From: Pelagomonas calceolata
Lineage: Eukaryota
Length of the DNA: 64,000 nt
Reading direction: 5' to 3'
NCBI GenBank assembly: GCA_918797485.1
Contig: CAKKNE010000006.1
Span: 2,046,001 to 2,110,000 of the forward strand
Shown here: one piece after another, positions 32,000 through 43,063 of the stretch
Numbering within the stretch: position 1 is the stretch's first letter
How the letters are laid out: each line of letters starts with the position of its first letter
Notes under the pieces: model-generated
The model's input: only the letters and a program-made list of their open reading frames with translations
Told to the model about the DNA's origin: nothing
Databases searched by the model: none
Translations under genes and position numbers: made by a program

Positions 32000-32269
32000 C
32001 TAGACGCGCTCGTCGACGCGCTCGCCGAGGAGCGCCGCCTCGGACTGGATGTACAGGGTAATGAGGAACACGCAGGGCACGAACGTGCCGAGGACGACGG
32101 CCATGAACGCGGCCTCCGTGACCTCGAGCGAGAGCAGCTGCGACGGCATCTGGGAAACGACGTCGAGCGCCTCGGGCATCATCTTCTGGGACACCGTCCT
32201 CGCCGCGAGCGGCTTGACGGCGGGCGCGAAGGCCGCGGCACCCGTGAGGAGGAGCGCGAGGAGCTTCAT
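32000..32269 (-). CDS. psbM: Nuclear-encoded photosystem II subunit M with bipartite plastid signal
   Basis: MKLLALLLTGAAAFAP signal; LEVTEAAFMAVVLGTFVPCVFLITLYIQ resembles PsbM. Confidence 0.85.
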   Translation of the reverse strand: MKLLALLLTGAAAFAPAVKPLAARTVSQKMMPEALDVVSQMPSQLLSLEVTEAAFMAVVLGTFVPCVFLITLYIQSEAALLGERVDERV

Positions 32270-33110
32270 CGTGCTGCGTGGCAAAGGGGGGCGGTGAGTC
32301 TCTCGGTTTCTCTCAGACTGGCTCTCTGCATTTGTGTGTGTGTGCGTGCATGCCTTTCGCGGCGAGGCCGGTCGCAGCGACGGCGCATGGGGGTCAGCGG
32401 TCCGCCGACGCAAGCGCCGACCTCGACCGCGCGGCGAATAGAGTGCCGTCGGCGACAAAAATTTCTCCCGCAGTGATCAGGTATCGCCCGATCGGAGAAA
32501 TCACGCCTCAGCCAGCCTTTTTTCCGCTCGCGCGGCCGATTTGTCGCTGCTGATAGCAGTGCGATCCATACGCGTCGATTACGCAAGGGCACGACGCGCC
32601 GCTTTCAGGAGGTCATCTACGTCACCGAAAGAGCTGGTGCGACGGGGAATGAGGACATTTTAAGCGTACACGGCGCCGTACGCGCACAAGCTATGCTGCA
32701 AGCTCAGGACTTGGTGTTGGGTTTTGCGCGATTTTTGGGCGGCAGCTTTGCGGGTTCCCGCGCTGCGGGAGTCTCCACGGACGCCTCCGGAGTCCTCACT
32801 TCCAAAAAAACCGGCGTCTGTCTCGAGGCTGGGTCGCGGAGCTCGACGACCATCTCTGAAAAAGGCGCCTCTGGAAACGTGCCACATTAGAGCTCAAAGC
32901 GTTGCGTGCGCTCCAGAGTGCGAAGAAACGATCGAGGCCGGCTGCGCGTAGCCAGGCTCTTCGTAGTGACGCGGTATACCCCTATATGTACGATTAAGAG
33001 AAGCTGGAAGAGCCGACCCGCGGCGGAGCGCACGCCTCGCACAAGGCCCCCAAACGACGCCGCCGGGCCGCGCGTGCAGCCAAAAACAGCTTTTTTTCAC
33101 AGGTCGCGAC

Positions 33111-34592
33111 ATGGCCGCGATGGACGAGGCCGACAAGGTACCTGTTACTGTACTTACTGGATTCCTCGGCTCCGGCAAGACGACGTTATTGAACCACATC
33201 CTCACGCAGCAGCACGGCAAAAAATTGGCGGTGATTGAGAACGAATTTGGGGAAGTCGGCATCGACGACGACTTGCTAAAAAAAAATACAAGAATGCAAG
33301 CGGACGAGGAGATCATCGAGATGATGAACGGGTGCATCTGCTGCACCGTGAGACAAGACTTAGTCGTTGTGCTGGACAAGCTCGCGAAGCGGGTGCAGGC
33401 CGGCACTTTGAAACTGGACGGCATCGTGATAGAAACGACGGGCATGGCCGACCCGGCGCCCGTCGCGCAGACTTTTTTTGTGGAGCCGAAGGTTGCTGCG
33501 TTTGCTAGATTGGATGGGATCATCACGCTGGTCGACGCGAAGCACATCATCCAGCACCTCGACGAGGAGAAGCCGGAGGGCGCCGAGAACGAGGCCGTCG
33601 AGCAGGTCGCCTTCGCCGACCGCATCCTGCTGAACAAGATCGATCTAGCGACGGAGCCCGAGTTAGTAGCAGTAGAGCAGCGCCTGAAGGGCATCAACGC
33701 CTTCGCGCCGATCATTCGCAGCGAGAAGTCCCAAGTGTCCGTCGACCAAGTGCTGGGCATCAAGGCTTTTGATCTGAAGAAGACGCTGGAGATGGACCCC
33801 GAGTTCCTGGACACGGAGGGCGAGCACGAGCACGACGATAGTGTCACGAGTATGTCCATTACGACGTCGGGCGAAGTTCATATGTTGTTGGTGAACGACT
33901 GGGTCGGCGACGTCCTCAAGAACCTGGGGAACGATATCTACCGCATGAAAGGTGTTTTAGCGGTGGCCGGTTCTCCGAAGAAATTCGTGTACCAGGCCGT
34001 GCACATGATTTTTGATGGAGTGTTCGAGGGCGAGTGGGGTCCCAACGAACCGCGGGGCAACAAGCTCGTCTTCATCGGCAAGAACCTCGACAAACAATCC
34101 TTACAAAGGGGCTTCGAGGCGTGTTTGGACACTCCACAAAACAGGGCCAAAATAGAAGAGGCGGAGATGATCAAGGTCTTCGAGCGGCAGCAGAACGCGT
34201 TGCTCGGGGCGGCGCAGCGCGACGACGTCGTGGCCATCAAGAACATCCTCCAGTCCGGGGCCGCCGTGTCGTACGCTAATTCTGTCGGCCAGACCGCTTT
34301 GCACATCGCGACGCTCTGGGGCAACGCGTCGGCCGTCGAGGCTCTTGTGCAGGCGGGAGCTGCGGTGGATCAAGTGAACGACCTCGGTGCGCAGACGCCT
34401 CTCCACTTATTGGCCTCTCGTGTGGGCAAACAGTCGAACACTGCGAACCGAATCCTCTGCGCCAAGACTCTTATCAAAGCAGGGTGCGACCTGGGCAAGA
34501 AGAACGAGGACGGCGTCATGGCCTACCAGTACCTCAACGGCGAGGAGGGCGACGACGTCGTCGAATTGCGGAAGCTCATCACGCCCTTCTGA
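33111..34592 (+). CDS. COG0523/CobW-family metallochaperone GTPase fused to C-terminal ankyrin repeats
   Basis: GFLGSGKTT, NEFGE, GCICC, ETTG, NKID, CobW_C; GQTALHIA and QTPLHL ankyrin motifs. Confidence 0.93.
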   Translation: MAAMDEADKVPVTVLTGFLGSGKTTLLNHILTQQHGKKLAVIENEFGEVGIDDDLLKKNTRMQADEEIIEMMNGCICCTVRQDLVVVLDKLAKRVQAGTLKLDGIVIETTGMADPAPVAQTFFVEPKVAAFARLDGIITLVDAKHIIQHLDEEKPEGAENEAVEQVAFADRILLNKIDLATEPELVAVEQRLKGINAFAPIIRSEKSQVSVDQVLGIKAFDLKKTLEMDPEFLDTEGEHEHDDSVTSMSITTSGEVHMLLVNDWVGDVLKNLGNDIYRMKGVLAVAGSPKKFVYQAVHMIFDGVFEGEWGPNEPRGNKLVFIGKNLDKQSLQRGFEACLDTPQNRAKIEEAEMIKVFERQQNALLGAAQRDDVVAIKNILQSGAAVSYANSVGQTALHIATLWGNASAVEALVQAGAAVDQVNDLGAQTPLHLLASRVGKQSNTANRILCAKTLIKAGCDLGKKNEDGVMAYQYLNGEEGDDVVELRKLITPF

Positions 34593-34723
34593 AGACTCCC
34601 TTGTATTTCACCCCCTCATATTAAGTAGTATTAAACTACGTTCCTTGATACATCGCGGCGGCGGCGTGGGGGTGGATAGCTGAAATACGCCTCGTGTCAC
34701 ACATACTTAAGCAATACTGCTTC

Positions 34724-36295
34724 TCAGCCGCCGCGCCGCCGCTTGACGCTCTTGCTTGGAGACTCCCCTAAGCGCTCCTCGGCGTCGCGGGCTTTGCTTC
34801 TCTTATGGGTCCGCGTGGTGCGGTCGTCCCGCGGTCTCTCAACGAAGAAGAAAAGCGCGTTCGTGACGTGGCAGTCGGCCGCCGCGGGAACGACCCACTC
34901 GAGCGTCGCGATTTCCTCTTTGGAAAACGCGTAGTGTACCTCTGGCCACGTGCTGGGGCAGGCTTTGAAATTCTGAGCCAGCTCGCACTCGAAGACAGCG
35001 GCAACGTCGTAGAGCTTGCCGCCGACGTCGACGCCGCGATCCGGGCCAGCAGCTAGTCCGTGATGCGTTAAGGCGTAGTTGAGCGCGAGCGGGAGCGCGG
35101 GCGTCGTGTAGACCCCGGCGCCGTGTACACTACGGTTCGCTGCCGGGCTTGGGTCGATGCCGCCGCCCCCCACAATCTGTGGGACGTTTTCCATGTCTGT
35201 GCCGTGGAACACCCGTTCGGACCAATCCCCCTCCTCCGGGCGCCCGCCGTTCGTGAGGCCGATGCGAACCACAACGGAGGCCGAAGCTGACCGGTCCGAG
35301 AGTGCCCTTAGGTTTCGTAAGGGGATGACCTCCGTCCACCGATCGTTACGAGATTCCTCCGGGACGTATCCTTCCGCTTTTTGCAAAAAGGCACTGTAGA
35401 CTTGGTGATGGTTCGCCGCGCTGCGAGTCATAGGAGAACCCGCAGCATAGGAACCGAGACCGAAGCCAACGTGCAGCGGCCCCGCGCCGGGAGGGGCGCC
35501 GGGTCCCGTGGCAAGAGCGCCGGCGTCGTCGTCGCTACTCTCCTCCTTGGTCATGTCGATGACGCGCTGCGCCGGCCTCGGAGCGAGCAACGCGGGCGCA
35601 GCGGCCGCCGGCGGCGCTGCTGGCGCGGCGACTGGCGCGGGCGCGAGCGGCGCCGGCCTCGGAGCGGGTTGCGCGGGCGCATCGGCCGCCGGCCGCGCTG
35701 TTGGCGCGGCGACTGGCGCGGGCGCGAGCGGCGCCGGCCTCGGAGCGGGTTGCGCGGGCGCATCGGCCGCCGGCCGTGCTGCTGGCGCTGCGACTGGCGC
35801 GGGCGCGAGCGGCGCCGGCCTCGGAGCGGGTTGCGCGGGCGCATCGGCCGCCGGCCGTGCTGCTGGCGCGGCGACTGGCGCGGGCGCGAGCGGCGCCGGC
35901 CTCGGAGCGGGTTGCGCGGGCGCATCGGCCGCCGGCCGTGCTGCTGGCGCTGCGACTGGCGCGGGCGCGAGCGGCGCCGGCCTCGGAGCGGGTTGCGCGG
36001 GCGCATCGGCCGCCGGCCGCGCTGCTGGCGCGGCGACTGGCGCGGGCGCCGGCGCCGCGGCCGCGAGCTTGCACTCCCAGCCGCGCGCCCTACACAACAC
36101 CACCACACAGCGCCGGAGCTTGGACCGCGCGAGGCTGCTCCAGCCCTCCGTGATGGCCGGGATGTCCTCGTCGACGGCTTCGCTGAAGTCACTCAACGCG
36201 TCGACCTGCCGCAGCAGGTGCGCGCGCTGGGGCTCCGTGAAGTTGTTGCGGACGAGCCAGGCCTCGACCTCATCCGTGCAGTCGGCCTGGCTCAT
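34724..36295 (-). CDS. Putative H-Y-E ADP-ribosyltransferase with SAM-like N-terminus and Pro/Ala repeat linker
   Basis: VFHGT...HGAGVYTTP..ALNYA...EWVV catalytic-type motifs. Confidence 0.75.
   Translation of the reverse strand: MSQADCTDEVEAWLVRNNFTEPQRAHLLRQVDALSDFSEAVDEDIPAITEGWSSLARSKLRRCVVVLCRARGWECKLAAAAPAPAPVAAPAARPAADAPAQPAPRPAPLAPAPVAAPAARPAADAPAQPAPRPAPLAPAPVAAPAARPAADAPAQPAPRPAPLAPAPVAAPAARPAADAPAQPAPRPAPLAPAPVAAPTARPAADAPAQPAPRPAPLAPAPVAAPAAPPAAAAPALLAPRPAQRVIDMTKEESSDDDAGALATGPGAPPGAGPLHVGFGLGSYAAGSPMTRSAANHHQVYSAFLQKAEGYVPEESRNDRWTEVIPLRNLRALSDRSASASVVVRIGLTNGGRPEEGDWSERVFHGTDMENVPQIVGGGGIDPSPAANRSVHGAGVYTTPALPLALNYALTHHGLAAGPDRGVDVGGKLYDVAAVFECELAQNFKACPSTWPEVHYAFSKEEIATLEWVVPAAADCHVTNALFFFVERPRDDRTTRTHKRSKARDAEERLGESPSKSVKRRRGG
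35570..36047. repeat. 81-bp coding tandem repeat, 5 near-identical copies plus one degenerate copy
   Basis: The same word recurs at 35641, 35722, 35803, 35884 and 35965; encodes APAPVAAPAARPAADAPAQPAPRPAPL. Confidence 0.95.
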
Positions 36296-36417
36296 GGCTG
36301 TGTTTGGCACTCGGGGCCAAATGATGCTTTACTGCTCAGCCTCTGCTGGTCCCAGGACTCTCTTGCGCTGATCCCTCCGCTCAAAAAAATAGCTTCGAAG
36401 GCCACTCACAGACTTTT

Positions 36418-36439
36418 GCTAGTGCCTTACAGCGCTAGC
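36418..36439 (-). promoter_or_regulatory. Bipartite CTAG promoter motif GCTAGCGCTGTAAGGCACTAGC
   Basis: Lies between divergent genes starting at 36295(-) and 36631(+). Confidence 0.55.
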
Positions 36440-36630
36440 TAACGGCGCTGGTCGTCGCGCGGAGGCTTGGGCAGAGGCGCCGCTGGCCGGCCCATAAGTG
36501 GAAAGCGCCTATTTACCATTTGCTCCTTGAGCCAGTTACACGATTTAATCGAAGCACCCACGGGCACGGCACCAGAGAGGCCACCATTTCGACGCTCGTC
36601 GAGGCCGTCGTCCGCTTCCTGAGCGGAAGC

Positions 36631-36897
36631 ATGGAGGTCGACAGCCGGCACGAGAGCAAGGGCGAACATAAGGAGGAGAAATTCGTCAACGAGGGGTTGA
36701 TCAAATGGAAGGAGGGCCGCAAGAAGTGGCTCGCCGCGGCAACGAGCGGGCCTAAGAGGCCGCGGCGGCGGCCGCCGCGCGTCGACGACGAGGTCATCCT
36801 CGAGACCATCTTCGCGAAGCCGACGGGCTGGCTGTTGCCGCACCCCGTGCCCCTGGCGCACATGGTCGAGCTGCTCGAGGACGAGTGGTCCGACTAG
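36631..36897 (+). CDS. Small DUF4050/Gag1-clamp-like protein
   Basis: FVNEGLIKW...RKKW...PHPVPLAHMVELL..EW. Confidence 0.75.
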   Translation: MEVDSRHESKGEHKEEKFVNEGLIKWKEGRKKWLAAATSGPKRPRRRPPRVDDEVILETIFAKPTGWLLPHPVPLAHMVELLEDEWSD

Positions 36898-36985
36898 GAA
36901 CGGTGGAGCTGCCGACTTGCTCCACGCGAATCAAAACACCAGACGACTATTCCCCGCCCGACGTACTATAGTATATGTATTTACA

Positions 36986-39267
36986 CTAGGACGTCACCTC
37001 GATCGTCGTCGCCTCCGCCTCTTCCGGCGGCGTCAGCAGGATCTCCTGGCGCTGTAGCGTGCGCAGCACCTCGTAGGTCGCCGCGATCTCGGCCTTGATC
37101 CGCAGTAATTGTTCTTGCCGGTACGAGGCCAGGCAGTCCCTCATACCCCGAAACACGAGTGACGTGAAGTGCTTGTAGACCAGGGCCGACAGCTCCGAGA
37201 AGTCCTCGACGCCCTTGCCGAAGACGCAGGATAGGAACGACGACGTCGCTTGTTCGCCCTTGGCGCGCCAGGCGTCTTCCGCTTCGACGTCCAGCGCGTC
37301 CCCCGATTCGTGCTCTTGGACGCAGCACCTTAAAGCGTCCGTAGCTAAGGGTTCCAACAAGCTTTTCTTGGGATCGTCGATAGTTATGTCGGGAGAAGGT
37401 GCAATCCCATCAAAAGTAGACGTCGCGCAGCACCGCAGGAACGCCGCGAAGGCCAATGCGAGCACGTCGAAGTTGCACGCCGCGCAGCCCTTGAAGTGCT
37501 CGACTAATGCTCTTCCCAGCGTCGCCTCGAATTTTTGAGAACCGTCTAGCGCTAACCTTGCTAAAGTATCTTTTATGTACGGGTTCGAGAACCGTTCCAC
37601 GAGTTTCGCGCGGTACTCGATGAAATTGACCCCAGCCACGGGCACCAAGGTCGTCACGACTTCGTTCATGTAGGCTCTCAAGAAAGTCAAGACGTCGATA
37701 TCCGTCAGGGCTTCATCAACAAACTTATGACACGCGAGTAGCGATACATAGGCCATCGCACTATGACTACTATTGAGCAATCTCAATTTCATGAGTTCAT
37801 AAGGCTCGACGTCGTCCACGAATAGTACGGACTCGTTCGGCCCCGAACAAGCCTTCTCCCACGCGGGCCGCCCCTTCACGAACTTGTCCTCTACCACCCA
37901 TTGTAAAAAAGGTTCAGCAACAACGGGCCAGCCGTCCTCGACGCCGTACTCCTGCTTCAGGATGTCAATTTGCTCGGGTTTTGTCACTGGTGTGATGCGG
38001 TCGACCATGGCGTTCGGGAACGGCACTTCTTGCGCGATGTACGTCGCGAGGTCCTGATCCACCAATCTAGCGAAGGCTAGGACACTGTCGCGGGCCGTGT
38101 TGCCGTTCAGGGGCAGGTTGTCACAGGACATGACCGTGAGTGGTCCCGCCTTGCCCCTCCTTCGTAGGAGTACCGTACATATGAGACCGGGTGCCGTCTT
38201 GGGTTGTTTCAGACCATTGGACCAGTCATTCAGGTCTTCCTTCACTAACGCGTTATTTATGTCCAGGCCGCCGTCCGGTGTCCGGTAGTATCCCTTTTCC
38301 GTGACCGTCAGTGATAGTATACGGATGTCCTCCTTCTCCAATCGTTGCAAGGCTGCTTCCGGGGCTTCCGGCACGTGCAAGAACCCGACGATGGACTGCA
38401 CGACTCGCGCTTCGGACCCGTCGTTGCCTCGCGTGAGTAGTGTATACAGGTAGTCCTGCCTCTTCAGGGTGTCGTACATCTTCTTGTCCCACCTGTGTGA
38501 TGTATGTGATATGTGAATTGAGTTGAGACGACGGCGTCATCGAGTGTAGGGTCTCGGACTACTCGTAATATGTGTGTTCATCACACGTCAGGAAATACCA
38601 ATGGGGTCGTCATCGACGCGCGAAGAGAATAAGGACGCTGTGGTAAGGACGGCATCAGGCCCACACCTAGAATGCCCCAGACGTCCGCGATCTCGTTCAG
38701 GTCGCCACCACTCCCAGGTAATTGTTTGTACGAGACACGCCTAGCGTTATCATACCCGTCCGGTACACTTCTAGATGTGGCTCGCTCCAAGAGTACGTCC
38801 GTCACGTAGGCTTGATGACTGCGATGAAACCCCCCAACACCTAAATGAGCTAGGAACGCCGTCGGCTTCGGGGGTTCCGGCGTCGAAGGCACTTTGAGCT
38901 TTCCTAGAGCCGCGATCTTCGCTAAATTACGTCGCTGCAGAGGATAGGATTTTTGAGAAGCGGTCAACTCGGTCAGGGGGTTGTGGGCGATTTTTACCGT
39001 ACCCTCGGTCTGGGTGGTAATGCCTCGGGCACCTTTCGCGCCCTTGTTCGCGCCCTTGCGCCAGTTCTGGTAGTCCCGCCGGAATTGGGCGGCGTCATCT
39101 CGGATCCGTCGCATGGCTTCGTAGCCTGACAGGTTTTGCGTGGCCAGCTCCGCTTGGGTTTTGTCTCGTAGCACCGCTGGGGTGGAGAGATTCAGAGAGT
39201 CGAGCATGGACGCGGCGGTCCGCGCGTCGACGGCTTTCTTCGGGGTTGGGGGCTCGAAGGATGCCAT
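36986..39267 (-). CDS. Mannitol 2-dehydrogenase (long-chain family), intron 38493-38650
   Basis: HLGVGGFHRSHQA, SLTVTEKGY, MSCDN, MVDRITP, KLRLLNSSH; splicing gives GLMPWDKKM. Confidence 0.93.
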
Positions 39268-39791
39268 GGTTTCTTGGAGCGCTGCTCGCGCTAGGCGTGT
39301 CGATGGCGTAACGCGCTTGCGGCCTCGCTGCAGGGCTCCTTGTGATGGGTGGACAGAGAGAGCTCAGAGCCTGTTTCTATGCTTCTCGATCTGCGGCGCG
39401 AAGCGCTGTGGCCTGGAAGCGCTGCGCTGATAGTGCTGCAAGGACTTCTCCACGAAAGCTGCCAGTCCTCGCCCCTCGCGTATGCTCTGTGCTGCTCCCT
39501 GTCTTGTGTTGGGGGCCTCGCGCCGCAGCCAAGCTACACGCCTGCGTCTTCTGGACGGTTCCGGGGCGCAGCGCAGGAGTGATCGGTGACGTAAACAGAC
39601 CGTGAGTGCGAGCGGGTATTGCTGATTGCCTCGACTTGATCTTGTGCTGGGCGCTGCTATAGCTGTGTTAGACGCCTTGCCAGTGCAGTCGCTGCAGCAG
39701 CACTCATATTCTTGCACAGCAAGCCCAGTTGCAGCGCAGGATCACTCCATCCGCTGGTGTTTGCATACCACAAGCAGATCCTAGTCAGACC

Positions 39792-41471
39792 ATGAGGGTG
39801 CTGCTAGTAGCGGCCACCGCGGCCGCCCTGGCGCCGCCCGCCCTCAAGACGGCTCGTAGAACCATAGCAACAAACGCGGCGGTGGACTTCGTGCCCGAGA
39901 AGGCGAGACCCTTAAGCGTCGCGATTGCGGGCGGCGGCGTCGGCGGCTTGACGACGGCCCTCACGCTACTCAAGGCGGGCCACGACGTGACCATTTATGA
40001 GAAAACCCAGGCCTTCGCGCGGTTCGGGGGCCCGATCCAGTTCGCCTCCAATGCTTTGTCAACACTCAAGGCCATCGACGAGAAGCTCTTCGCGCGCGTC
40101 ATGGACGCCTTTACGTTCACGGGGACGCGACGGTGCGGTATTAAAGATGGTCTGCGAAGCAATGGGGAGTTCCGCATGTCGAAGGTCGCGGACCCCAAGT
40201 TTCTTATTGATAAGAACACGCCGAGCGACTGGTTCGTGTCATTTCCCCTCAAGGAATGTGCGGACTTCTTCCAGCTGCCCTACACGGGCGTCGTGAACCG
40301 ACCGGACCTCCAAGAAATCTTGCTGGATGAGTGCCGAGCGCTGAAAGACGACTTCATCCAGAACGGCGTGGCCGTCGAGTCATATGATGACTCCGCAGAA
40401 GAGGGCGTGAAAGTACAGTTGACCGATGGCACGACGAAGACCCACGACTTGTTGGTGGGCGCCGACGGCATCTGGAGCCAGATCCGGGCCCAGATGTACA
40501 ACGAGGGGCCTGTTAGGGGTACTTCGAAAGATGGGAAAGTGAAGCAAGGGTGCCCCTACTCGGGCTATACCGTATTCGCGGGCGAGGCGGTATTGCCTCT
40601 CAATGACTACTACGATGTAGGGTACAACGTCTACATCGGGCCTCAAAGGTACTTTGTGAAAAGTGACGTGGGCGACGGTCGGGTCCAGTGGTACGCGTTC
40701 TGCGCGTTGCCCGCTGGTTCCGCCAAGGCCGGGGATTCGTGGGACGAAGGATCTACCAGTGCGGACCAAGGTCGATCGGTAGTAGATTATATCAAGGGCT
40801 TACACGAAGGGTGGAGCGACGAGATCTTTCAGATCCTGGACCAGACCCCTGCTGAATCGGTAGAACAGCGCGACTTGTATGATAGATGGCCGGAGTTCAC
40901 GAGGAGCTGGGCGAAGGGTCGCGTCGTGTTGTTAGGTGATGCGGTTCATCCGATGATGCCGAACCTCGGGCAGGGCGGCTGCCAGGCCATCGAAGATGCG
41001 TATGAGTTAGGTAAACATTTATCTGCTGCGGGCACCTATGATCGCGGCTTGGATCGTGCTTCCGTCGAAAAAGCGTTGCAGGACTTCTACAAGGACCGGA
41101 TGCCGCGCGTCGCGGGCGTGTCGCTACTATCGAGACTAGCCTCGGACCTCATAATAAACGCCTTCGACACGCCCTGGAACCCCTGGGGCGACGGTTTAGG
41201 TACTTCTTGGAAGTCCTACCTGACGTTCTTCTGGAAACCGGTCCTCCAGTACCTGATCTTCCCGGCGCAGTTCCTGTTCCTCTACTCGTACCATCCTTCC
41301 GGTCCGATGGGGGATTTGCCGAAGAAATTGGAAGAGGACTGGCGCAAGCGCCACAAGGAGGAGAGCGAGGCGGCCTTCGCGAAGGCGGCACAGGGTGGGG
41401 ATAGGTTTGACGCCGCCAGTCGTTTGGGGTCGTTCTTCCAGGCTTCGGAAGAGCCCGTGACGTCTCGCTAA
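39792..41471 (+). CDS. ZEP: Zeaxanthin epoxidase-family FAD monooxygenase, plastid-targeted, no FHA domain
   Basis: AAALAP signal; GGGVGGL, GGPIQFASNAL, GADG, GDAVHPMMPNLGQGGCQAIED. Confidence 0.92.
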   Translation: MRVLLVAATAAALAPPALKTARRTIATNAAVDFVPEKARPLSVAIAGGGVGGLTTALTLLKAGHDVTIYEKTQAFARFGGPIQFASNALSTLKAIDEKLFARVMDAFTFTGTRRCGIKDGLRSNGEFRMSKVADPKFLIDKNTPSDWFVSFPLKECADFFQLPYTGVVNRPDLQEILLDECRALKDDFIQNGVAVESYDDSAEEGVKVQLTDGTTKTHDLLVGADGIWSQIRAQMYNEGPVRGTSKDGKVKQGCPYSGYTVFAGEAVLPLNDYYDVGYNVYIGPQRYFVKSDVGDGRVQWYAFCALPAGSAKAGDSWDEGSTSADQGRSVVDYIKGLHEGWSDEIFQILDQTPAESVEQRDLYDRWPEFTRSWAKGRVVLLGDAVHPMMPNLGQGGCQAIEDAYELGKHLSAAGTYDRGLDRASVEKALQDFYKDRMPRVAGVSLLSRLASDLIINAFDTPWNPWGDGLGTSWKSYLTFFWKPVLQYLIFPAQFLFLYSYHPSGPMGDLPKKLEEDWRKRHKEESEAAFAKAAQGGDRFDAASRLGSFFQASEEPVTSR

Positions 41472-41531
41472 GGGGATTAAGGATCGACTCACGAAACACT
41501 TATATATACGCCTTCCCAGGCGACCGTTTAT

Positions 41532-41993
41532 TTATTGATATGCCGGCGGCGGCGGCTCGGTCGTCGGCGCGGCGGCGCCGCGCGCGATGAGCTGCCGTTT
41601 GATCGCCTCGCGCTCGCGCAGCGTCGCGGCCATGACGGACCGGAGGCGCTCGAGCGCCGCCTCGATCTCGGCCTGGCGCGCGAGGTTGGCGCGCAGCGCG
41701 GCCGCGACCGCCGCGGCGGCCGGGTCTTGGCCCAAGCCCCCCTGCTGCTCGACCATCGCGTCAATCTGGTCGCCGTTCTCCATGTCTAAGTCGCCGGGAC
41801 ACTGCTCGAGATTCACGCGCTCGCCGTCGACCATAAGGCGAATAGCTCTTTCTTCGATTCCCGCCTTGCTGGCATACGCGGTCAAGATCTTCCGGAACTT
41901 GGTGGTCTTCTTCACCTTGAAATGCGTGAGCGCGCCGTGCGAGTCCGAGACCTTGAGGTCCAGTTTTTCGTCGCTTTGGGACGCCTCAGCCAT
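41532..41993 (-). CDS. SUMO-like protein with long C-terminal extension after QQGG
   Basis: HFKVKKTTKF...DGER...PGDLDMENGDQIDAMVEQQGG. Confidence 0.88.
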   Translation of the reverse strand: MAEASQSDEKLDLKVSDSHGALTHFKVKKTTKFRKILTAYASKAGIEERAIRLMVDGERVNLEQCPGDLDMENGDQIDAMVEQQGGLGQDPAAAAVAAALRANLARQAEIEAALERLRSVMAATLREREAIKRQLIARGAAAPTTEPPPPAYQ

Positions 41994-42182
41994 GGTTTTT
42001 GTCACTCCTTGTTGGGAGAGCAACTATAAAATATAGGTGCTCCCGGCGGCTCGGAGCCACCGCGCTCGCTGGCGAAGTACAGAATGCAGCCTCGACGTGC
42101 GTCTTAGCGAAATGTCGCCTCTTGTAGCGTTCGTATGCGGGCACACACGATGTGCAAGAGCTGGCTTCGCCCTGGGGCGTCC

Positions 42183-42203
42183 CTAGTGTCTTACAGGCCG
42201 TAG
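42183..42203 (-). promoter_or_regulatory. Bipartite CTAG promoter motif variant CTACGGCCTGTAAGACACTAG
   Basis: About 190 bp upstream of the SUMO-like ATG, same orientation. Confidence 0.55.
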
Positions 42204-42276
42204 TCAAGCTCCGGAAACTTGCAAAGAATTAAAATTAAGACGTCCACGAAGGGACGACCACACTAAATAAAAACAC

Positions 42277-42840
42277 TCATGCCGGCGGCGGCGGCGGCGG
42301 CGGCGCTGCTGAATGCCAGCGAAACGCCGGCCCCGTCGCCTTCCGATTCTGTTCGCCGAGGATGCGCGCCGCCGCCGCGTCGTCCAGGTGCGCCCAGTCG
42401 GCGCCGGCCACGCTCCGTAAAGCTCGTACCTTGTCGCGGTTCTCCCTGACCGAGCCGGGCGCCAGCCCCCGTCTCGAACTAGGACCGTCCTCGTCGTCAT
42501 AAACGAAGAGTTCTACCGTCGGCGACAGCTTCAAGGCGCCGCCGGCGCGCCCCACCCGCAGCGGCGACTTCGCCTCCTCGTGCAGCGTCGAGTGAATGGA
42601 ATGCCCAGGCTTTTGGTCCGAGAAGCGGCAGCGGTCCGCGGGCCGCGCCCGGCGCCGGCCGCGTTTCGGTGGTTCTATGTAATCGTCGTCCGTCGGTAGG
42701 GGGAGCCAGTCCCGCCTCTTACAGGCACAGCACTTGCAGAGGAAGGTGAGGAGGCCATCGAGGAAGGATTTCGAGGGCGGCGCTTCATAGACATCGGTGG
42801 CCTCCTCGCGCCCGCCGGCGGGCGCCAGCTCGACGCCCAT
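42277..42840 (-). CDS. Hypothetical protein, 187 aa
   Basis: Coding-like ORF with ATG; CKCCAC cluster; no family recognised. Confidence 0.55.
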   Translation of the reverse strand: MGVELAPAGGREEATDVYEAPPSKSFLDGLLTFLCKCCACKRRDWLPLPTDDDYIEPPKRGRRRARPADRCRFSDQKPGHSIHSTLHEEAKSPLRVGRAGGALKLSPTVELFVYDDEDGPSSRRGLAPGSVRENRDKVRALRSVAGADWAHLDDAAAARILGEQNRKATGPAFRWHSAAPPPPPPPA

Positions 42841-43063
42841 CTTCCCGATGGGGCAGCCTCCCAGCCGGCATCCACAAGGCTTGTCTTTTGGGCCTTGTCG
42901 CGGCGGCGCGCGCCACGGCTCCGGGCGCGTGGTTTAGGGCTGCGAGGGGTGCTGGCGCGTCGGGCCTCGATTTAAAAAAAAAATACCCGTACGGGCTCTG
43001 CGCGCGGCAAAACACTCAGGGATTTCGCACGAATAAGCCGTCGGGGCTGCCTCTCACGGAAAA

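Noticed and set aside
31500..32003. 167-aa ORF between the glycosyltransferase and psbM
   Set aside because: Arg-rich and low-complexity, overlaps the upstream CDS, and likely spans 3' UTRs.
32894..33859. 321-aa antisense ORF and many similar shadow ORFs
   Set aside because: Antisense to well-supported genes; expected from high GC3 codon bias.
35570..36047. 81-bp repeats as CRISPR or satellite; overlapping Arg-rich ORFs
   Set aside because: The units are contiguous, in-frame coding repeats with no spacers; the other frames are shadows of GC-rich repeats.
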